The position numbers and the translations under genes are program-made. A DNA stretch of 58,492 bases, counting the filler, from Dugesia japonica (taxonomy: Eukaryota), in assembly GCA_001938525.1 (NCBI GenBank). It is 5 parts of 5 records of this genome, joined end to end, with 100 filler letters (N's around TTAATTAATTAA, not from the genome) between each part and the next. Parts side by side here need not be neighbours in the genome. Positions count along the whole stretch, not along the records: positions 41,301 to 58,492 come from MQRL01580273.1; 4 more parts are not named here. The stretch is one strand, 5' to 3'. A model generated the notes under the pieces. The model worked only from the letters and a program-made list of their open reading frames with translations. It was not told where the DNA came from and ran no database searches. Positions 50,492 through 58,492 of this stretch are shown piece by piece; the first letter of the stretch is position 1, and every line of letters begins with the position of its first letter.

Positions 50492-53400
50492 GATAATAAC
50501 CTTGTAAGACACTTAGATGCTTGTGAAACAATGGGAAATGCTACAACTATATGCTCTGATAAAACAGGAACTCTTACTACAAATCGTATGACTGTTGTTC
50601 AATGTTACATTGGAAATAAGTACTATCATGATAGTTTATCACCATTAACAGATTTGCCAGAATCTATCAAAGATATAACAGCTTCAGCAATAACATTAAA
50701 TTCCAGTTACACTTCAAATATTATGGTAAGATTGTTATAAATTTTTATTTTCATGTATGGTTGATTTCAGTTTTTTGTGGAAAAGACTATTAAAAATAAT
50801 ATAAAAATATAAAAATTTTTAATAAGACTATTTAAATAATAAATCAAGAATAAAAGATGTAATTCAACATAATTCTTAATAAAAAAAATTAAATTACCGT
50901 AATAACATTTTAGCAACAACTCCTTATAATTCCGCTTTATAATATAATTCTGCGTTTCAGATGCCTAGTAGATTAGAAGTTTGGAATATTTGAAATACTA
51001 AATTTCCGTTCAAGTTTAAGTTTAAAATAGATGAATTAATTGGTGCTATTCTTTTACAGAGATGATGGTATTATTTCCAGTATGTGGCATTATACCCATC
51101 TCAACTATGAGGAAGTAAAGTACAGACAGTTTTTTATTGTTTTAATAAAGTATAAAGCAGCAGAAATTGGAATTTAAAATTGTAAAATCCAGACATTATT
51201 GAATTGTGTAAAAATTAATTAATTTGAATTTGTCTTATGAATGATAGTTGTAAGTGTATGCTGGATTATTTTTAATTATAATTATTCCTCTAATTGAAAA
51301 TTAAATTGTACTCCTAATTATTATCTTGTTTCGTAATTATTGTATTATTGTAAATTTTTATCAAGTATTAATTTGTAAGTTGTTTGTAAAATCTTTTTTT
51401 AATAAATATTTTTGGTCCTCATTCAATGTATTTATTCCAGTTATTTTATTTACTGTTAACATGCATATCTTAAATGAACAGAAATATGGTAACACTAGCA
51501 ACACTAATTTATAAACAAAATTTGGAACACATTCCATATTGTGTCTTGATTTCAGTACTAAACATATTAGGCTGGTAAGAAACTAATTTCCTTTTTTAAC
51601 TTTGAAAATGGCAAACTGAAATAACTCAATGACAAATAAATTACTAAATTATTTTAATTATGTGTGTGAGTTCCGTGACAAAATTGAATCTAGAGCAGAT
51701 GATTTTAATACGACTGGGATAAGAAAGCTAGTTTCTCATTATTATTAAGCATACGTTGATTGTGATCGTTGCTTTTGTAATTTATTAAGTTTAGTTGCCT
51801 TTGAGTTATTTCATTTTAAAATTGAAAGTCAGAAACGGAAATTATTTTCTTACCAACCTAATAATTATATAAAAAGGCCAGTGGTGTATGTTTGTTTTTT
51901 GATTGTATGTTTATGCGTGAAGCTCAATATTATTCAACAAATTTTACAAAATTTCAAAAATTAGGATCTTTTATATAGTATCTTTTATAATTTTAAATTT
52001 AGACATGAAAAATTCAGTGTTATATGTTCGTTTGTTTGTTTGTACTTGATTCTCAATAATACTCAACAAATTTCAAAATCTTTCAAAAATTTTTATTTTA
52101 GGTTTTAAAATTTCAATTGATATATTAAAAGCCCATTGGTGTAAGTGTATTCCTTTGTTTGTCCACGATGCTCAAAATTTTAAACTAAAGCTAAAAGACG
52201 AAAACATGCCGACGAACTTGATCAGACAACTTTCTGAAGTAATTTATGTGCTAAATAATGCGGGTGGTTAGTGGAAAAATCAATGCTTACAAGNGATTCC
52301 TTGGAAAACAGAAAGAAAGAGAGTAGGCGGAAGACACATGTCGAGTAAAATAAGATCTCTTGATCACGCCCCGAACATACAAACGAAAAATACAAAAATG
52401 GGACGCCTAAAAGGCGGGCAATTGACGGGAACCATTTTAATAGACATCATTTGCATGCTACATCGACGGTAAGTATATATCATTTTATCTTATTTTTTGT
52501 AAAACTGTAATGATGCATACAAACATTAATTTAAAATTATTCTGCAATTGATTTTTTTCTATCCGCATTCTTTTATCACGGATAAATATTAACGCTCATA
52601 AATATTTTTTTTAAGATTGGTAAAAAAATTTAAAATTCAAAGAATCACTTTTCTATTTTAACTACCCAATTAAATGCTTATAATGATATTTGCTAAATTA
52701 TATTGAATAAAGTAATTGATTATTTAAATATTATAATCATATTGGTTTTTTGTGATTTAGTAATTACATACTTTGTATTTTAGTATTACGCTAATTATTA
52801 ATTATTGGAATCAATATTTGAATTTTTTGTATAATCCATATAACAATAGTAAAATAATTGACATTTTTAGTTTCCTGAAAATTCTAAAGAATTGCCGAGG
52901 CAAATAGGAAATAAGACTGAATGCGCATTACTGGGATTTGTGACTCTACTTGGAATAAATTATGAATTACTGAGAATAAAGTGGCCCGAAGAAATGCTTT
53001 ACAAAGTTTATACTTTTAATTCTATTAGAAAGTCTATGAGCACAGTAGTAGAGTTAGATAATAATATGGGTTACAAAATATTTACTAAAGGAGCTTCAGA
53101 ATTAATTTTAGAAAAGTAAGTTGTAAGAATATAGTAATTTTATTTTATTATTTATCAGGTGTGCCTGGTTTCTTGATGAAAATAGTGAAGTAAAACCATT
53201 TTCAATTGATTATCATAAAAATGTTAAGAGAATAATTGAAAAAATGTCAAATGAAGGTTTGAGGACCATATGTATTGCTTACAAGCGTTTTTTAAAAGGT
53301 GAAAATTTCAATTGAATATTTATAATATTAGGTCTACAAATAAATAATCCAACTTTTTTATTATGTTATATAAGTAGTGCAATTAGTTTAATATTCCAAT

Positions 53401-55393
53401 TAACAATAACTTTCAAATCAAATATTAAAATTGAATTTAGTTTACAAAAGAATCAAGCAGAAACTTCAAATAGTTTCAGTTCAGCAGTGTCCTACATGAG
53501 AATTGGTAAGGGACATATTCAACACTATATTCTGTATAAATTTCAGCAGAGGAATAAAGCATTAAGAGCATGTAAATTCATGTATTACGTTCTCGGCAAA
53601 GATGTAATGTCTTATGATGTGTGAGCATTTTGGTTCAATTTCACAATATAATCATATATTGATAGGTGTGAAATTTCACACTTCAGTTGACTTCAAATTA
53701 ATTTTTTTGTTTTAATTAATTCAACTATGCTCCTGAATTCTCGTGCAGAGATGACGGGAAGTCTCTCTAATGTATATATTACATGTAAATTGATAAACCC
53801 CATCAGAGCACAAGTCTAAAGGGATTATAGATTTATTATTGGACATATTTATAATTTTATGAGATTGAGATACAACTTTCTTCTCTGCACCATAATTCAA
53901 GAGCATAGTTGAAATAGTGGTTTTAGTAATATTGTTGAGCATCGGAGAAAATGTAGAAAATCAATAGGGTGTTCTGATATTAAAATCTTGTGCAGTGGAT
54001 TTGATAATTATTGGGGGAGAGTGATGTCTGAAGCTTTGTTGATAATGTCATTCAATCCTAAAATTAATGTTCAGTTGATGGATTCAACATCGATCTTAAA
54101 ACTATTCTATTGATTTTTTTTGAGATTGCATAATTGAAATTATATAATCATTTAAACTTTGTATAAAGTTTGTTTTAATATTCTTTAATGGCCTGATAAT
54201 GACGGTTATTTCGTCGAAATTGATCGCAAATAAATATTTTACATAATAGTGTTCAATAATTATAATGTATTTTATAATGCTCAATGTGTCACGCTTTTAA
54301 TTTTTTAATAAATTAAATAATATGTGAAATATTTTCTTGTTAATTAAAACAAAAAAGTTAATTTGAGGTCAACTAAAGTGTGAAATTTCACACCTAGCAA
54401 TATATGATTAATTTGTGAAATTGTTCAAAATAATATCTGAGGCTCATCATTTTTTTCATGAAAACATGGTAAATATTAAGGTGTGAAATTTGACACATTC
54501 AANAAAAACCAAAATTAAATAATAATATAAATATTAATAAAAATAATGATATGCTTTTGAAGTGTGAAATTTGACACGTCCATGAAAAATAATATGCAAA
54601 GTTTAAACAAAAATCTTTAAATAATGACAAAAATGTTTTTATATAATTATGCTAAATGCGCAATACTTGAAATTATCATGGTTAAAAAACATAAAAAAAT
54701 AATATACGTAAAAATTCATACTTAAAAATCAATAAATTGTTTATTAAACGCGTGAAAATTGAACTCAAAGATTAAAATTTACATCTATTATTGTTTATGC
54801 ATAGAGGCGTGAGCGGCGATTGCGTCACTTCCGCTCGTGTCCGCACGTAACCACCTACTCGCATTTGTTTGATTTCATTTTTCCAAAATAACAGTATTGT
54901 TAATTAATACAGTACCGTTGCTCCTAATTTAATTAACTAATTTTTTATAATCACTTAATACAACTAAAAAATTTTATTTCATCTTATAATTACAAATGAA
55001 CTGAATTTTATTGTTCTAGAAAAATCTGCAGATAGTAGCGATGAATATGTGACCGAAATAGATTGGGATAACGAAGATAGTTTACTAAAAAAATTAATTT
55101 TTGTTTGTCTTGTTGGTATTGAAGATCCAGTTAGACCAGAAGTTCCATCGGCCATTAAAAAATGTCAAAAAGCTGGAGTTGTTGTTCGAATGGTTACCGG
55201 GGATAATATTAATACAGCTAGATCAATAGCAATTAAATGTGGTATATTGGATCCACATGATAAAGACTCATTAATATTAGAGAGTCATAAATTTAATCAA
55301 TTAATTCGAGATAAGGAAAGCAAAGAAGTTAGACAAGACTTGTTTGATAAAGTTTGGCCAAATCTAAAAGTTTTAGCCAGATCTTCACCTCTG
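50492..55393 (+). CDS. PMCA: Plasma-membrane Ca2+-ATPase (P2B), 4 internal exons: 50492-50725, 52871-53115, 53159-53298, 55020-55393
   Basis: [73 protein letters not shown] and VLARSSP, with phase-consistent GT-AG introns. Confidence 0.96.
51567..51861 (+). mobile_element. Internally deleted mariner (MITE)
   Basis: ~25-bp TIRs TTAGG(C/T)TGGTAAGAAA(C/A)TAATTTCC with a TA TSD. Confidence 0.9.
53420..54100 (-). mobile_element. Penelope-like element GIY-YIG endonuclease fragment in a PMCA intron
   Basis: [24 protein letters not shown] (compare VY.FTC...YIGET.RHL.TRI.EH). Confidence 0.8.
54340..54600. repeat. Repeats of the palindrome GTGTGAAATTT(C/G)ACAC
   Basis: Copies at about 54378, 54481 and 54562, plus one at 53666. 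Confidence 0.8.
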
Positions 55394-57257
55394 GTAATAA
55401 AGAGATTATTTTATTTATAAATCAGTATCAATTATAATTTATTTTTTAAACAGATTTTAAAAAATATTTCTTCATGAAAATTTTGGACTTAAATATTCTT
55501 AAATAATAAGCTAATAATTATTTAAACAATCACAGCGTTATTTTCAATAACCATGAGTATTTGATGTTATATCATTGTAATGTGTGCAAAAATTTTGCTA
55601 ATATTAAAATACACTGTTAAAAGTTTAATAATTACATTATAAATCTAACGTGATAATAATTTGTGGGATTCTGATTGGCTGCCTATAATATGAGTAAAAT
55701 AAATTTATACTCATAAAAAACTTACTAAAAGTTTAATAAGTGTTTATACTACAGAAAAATGAAAAAGTAAGAAAAAAATAAACTAACACACAGCAAGCAC
55801 ACACATACATACATACATTTTTATCAAAAACCTAATAAGTTTATAANNNNNNNNNNNNNNNNNNNNNNNNNNNNNNNNNNNNNNNNNNNNNNNNNNNNNN
55901 NNNNNNNNNNNNNNNNNNNNNNNNNNNNNNNNNNNNNNNNNNNNNNNNNNNNNNNNNNNNNNNNNNNNNNNNNNNNNNTTTTAATTCATATTTATTACTT
56001 TTTAACATGATTTCTGCTGTAGACAAAGAACGGATAATAAAAGCAAGTATCGCCATAATATCGTTGGATGCGTAATGACTCGGCGGATTTCACGGTGTAA
56101 TCTTCGGTTCAATTAAGTGTGCGGGTAAAAAATTATTAAAGACTAAAAATTTTAAATCAGTCTCTATCAAATGTTTCCTATTACACTTGTCAATGTTTTA
56201 TGCCATGTTGTAGAGAATTAAAAGTATAATTAAAAGTATAATTCATTTATAAAATTTTAAATATACATGTTTTCCTAAAGATGATATCGATAAAACAAAT
56301 CTTTTGGCTATATGGTGGTCGGTTTAAATTTTTTAGTTGAAACTACATCAATGAAATGAAAATCGAAAATTATCTATACATTACCTTAATAACTTATTAT
56401 AAAAAATGCACTTTTCATAACGAAAAATGAAGAACATTATAGTAGATAGATGGTGGCGCATCAGCCCAACTGAAATACTGTACGTTTAAAATTACGATTA
56501 AAATGAGTAGATACATGCTATGATGTCAAACATGGTACCATTGGACTCATAAAAGCTTGAGGAACATCACTACGATATCAGAATTTGAATCTGATGTGTA
56601 CGTCACGAGTTATTAAATATTTTAAATTTTAAAAACAGCGTGCAGACACCAATTTTTATCATCAAGATTTGAATTTGATACTATTTTAAAAACTTTTAAA
56701 AATGAATTTTCGGCCTAATTTCCTTATCAAAATTCATCAAACTTGATATCCTTAGTATATTAATGAGATGGCAAATACATCTATCCTATTTTCAAATCAG
56801 TTTGACGAATAGAAAACGAAATATTCGCCATTTAAATTTTAAACTTAAATAAAAAATGAATAAATTATCTACTTACAAATTTTAAATAGATAAATTTTAT
56901 TTAAAAAAGATTATGAAAAATTATAAAATGCATTTTTGTAGCACATGTAATATTTAATCAAAAATTAATAAAATTGAGCACACATACACACATAAGAGTA
57001 CTTTGTTAAATTTTTTAGACTTCTATGTAATTTTTGAAACTTTTCTTGGTAACTTCTATATTTTTTGATGATGAAAACTTTTTGTGAACTTCTATGCAAT
57101 TTATTACAAATTGTATTTATTTCAGTAATTTTAAAATATTTTAAAACCATATAGAAATCATATAAAACCCTATAAAACACTATAGAAACATATAGACCCT
57201 TATAATTACCTTATAAACCTAATAAAACCCTAATATTTGCAATCCTAGTGCTGTTAT

Positions 57258-57440
57258 TGTAAGTAAAATATTTCGTAAAAAATCAAATCGATATTTTTAA
57301 AATATTTTATGAAAGTTTTATGTAAGTAAAATATTTCGTAAAAAAATCAAATCGATATTTTTAAAATATTTTATGAAATTATTATGAAANGAAAAATATT
57401 TCGTAAAAAATAAAATCGATATTTTTAAAATATTTTATTC
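57258..57440. repeat. Three tandem copies of a ~63-bp unit
   Basis: AAAATATTTCGTAAAAAAT(C)AAATCGATATTTTTAAAATATTTTAT occurs three times. Confidence 0.92.
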
Positions 57441-58492
57441 AAAAATTTCTCAAATTATTTGTTTGAATATTATGAATTATTCTTCATCATTGTTTTATTT
57501 TAATCAAGCACACTTGTAATAATAAATACAAATTTATGGAGACTTGCAAGGTAGACCAACGCATCATTGGATTTGCTAAAAAAAGCCATGAACCGTGGAA
57601 TTTTCTTATTGGGCGATGATGTCGAAAGAATTTTTTTGAAGACAACGAAATATGTTGATATAACCGGAACAAAGAAAGGCCAAAAGAGTTTGTTTCTAGT
57701 TGCTTTCATAGATAAAGAACTGCATGAAATCTTTAAAAATGAAGACGAATCATTGGGATTTGAAGAAAGATTCAGAGAGGCTTTCTTAAAGCCATCAACA
57801 ATGAATCAAGATATGGAGGAAGCTCTAAATTATCGAAGGAATGGAGTGCATATAAATATCTATAAGAAAAAGATTGAAGGATTTGTAGAAAAGTTAATGA
57901 CTCATAAATGGACATGTCAAACAAACAGAACTTAGCAAAAGAGCTAATAAGGAATAGTTGCAATGACAGAAAGATTTAACATAAAATCAAATCAGGGAAA
58001 AAAGAAAACTAAATGTATTTCAAACAATAAAAGAGTCGGAAGACATAAAAGACGAAGTAAAAACTGAAAAAATAAATGTAGTTCGTAACTACAGAGATGT
58101 AGTTCGCTGAAGTCTAGAACAAACTAATGTATACAAGAGTCAAAATGTAGGAATGCAACAGAACAGAAATACCGAAAGACGAGAAATAACGTGTTAGACC
58201 TGTAACAAAATAAGTCATGTAAGCAGAAATTATCAAGAAATAAAGAAATGTGTTATGCTTGTGGATCTGAACAACACTTAAGAAGAGACTGTACCTGGAA
58301 CGTTTCAAGAGTTAATGACAAACGTATTAGGAAGATTGAGAGGAACCACGGTATACATGGATGATTTATTGATATTTTCAGAAAATTTAGAGCGGCACTA
58401 TAGAATTTTAGACCAAGGTTTTAAAAGAATTCAAGAATCAGGATTGAGAATTAATCCAGAAAAATGTCATTTATTGCAAGCAGAAGTCAAAA
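57440..58492 (+). mobile_element. Gypsy element with gag joined directly to mid-RT (protease region deleted), running off the window
   Basis: Gag ORF at 57567, knuckle remnant TC*TCNKISH, then PGTFQELM...VYMDDLLIFS...GLRINPEKC from about 58294. Confidence 0.9.

Noticed and set aside
54800-54865. CpG-rich hairpin with a CACTTCCG motif in a PMCA intron
   Set aside because: Only a 6-7 bp stem. It is more likely a transposon subterminal segment than an RNA gene or promoter.
57258-57440. Possible CRISPR-like array
   Set aside because: Head-to-tail repeats with no unique spacers, in eukaryotic DNA.

Overview
This is very AT-rich animal DNA with short 42-48 nt introns and (TTA)n tracts, consistent with a planarian-type flatworm (inference only). 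It comes from a gapped scaffold in which several N-runs carry an artificial TTAATTAATTAA spacer. Host genes are 7 internal exons of a gamma-glutamyl transpeptidase (-), 4 internal exons of a plasma-membrane Ca2+-ATPase (+), an intact single-exon class A GPCR (-), an RPA2-like terminal exon and a small orphan. Most of the rest is decayed mobile DNA: mariner, Tc1/maT, pogo, hAT, Gypsy, Penelope-like pieces with minimal hammerhead ribozymes, and three Polinton/Maverick-type polB fragments. The standout is a gap-free 4.45-kb module (33366-37816) bounded by TGTTGGGGT...ACCCCAACA. Its - strand carries a TATA box, an ATG-free leader and five small unrecognised ORFs. Each ORF starts just behind a splice acceptor, and four are followed by AATAAA. 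Three ORFs begin YAG|TG, so splicing to a leader ending in A would create their ATG. The products carry short motifs typical of viral host-manipulation proteins: an LxCxE-like/CK2 site, an LC8-binding KSTQT and an RVxF. All calls were made by eye, with no database searches.
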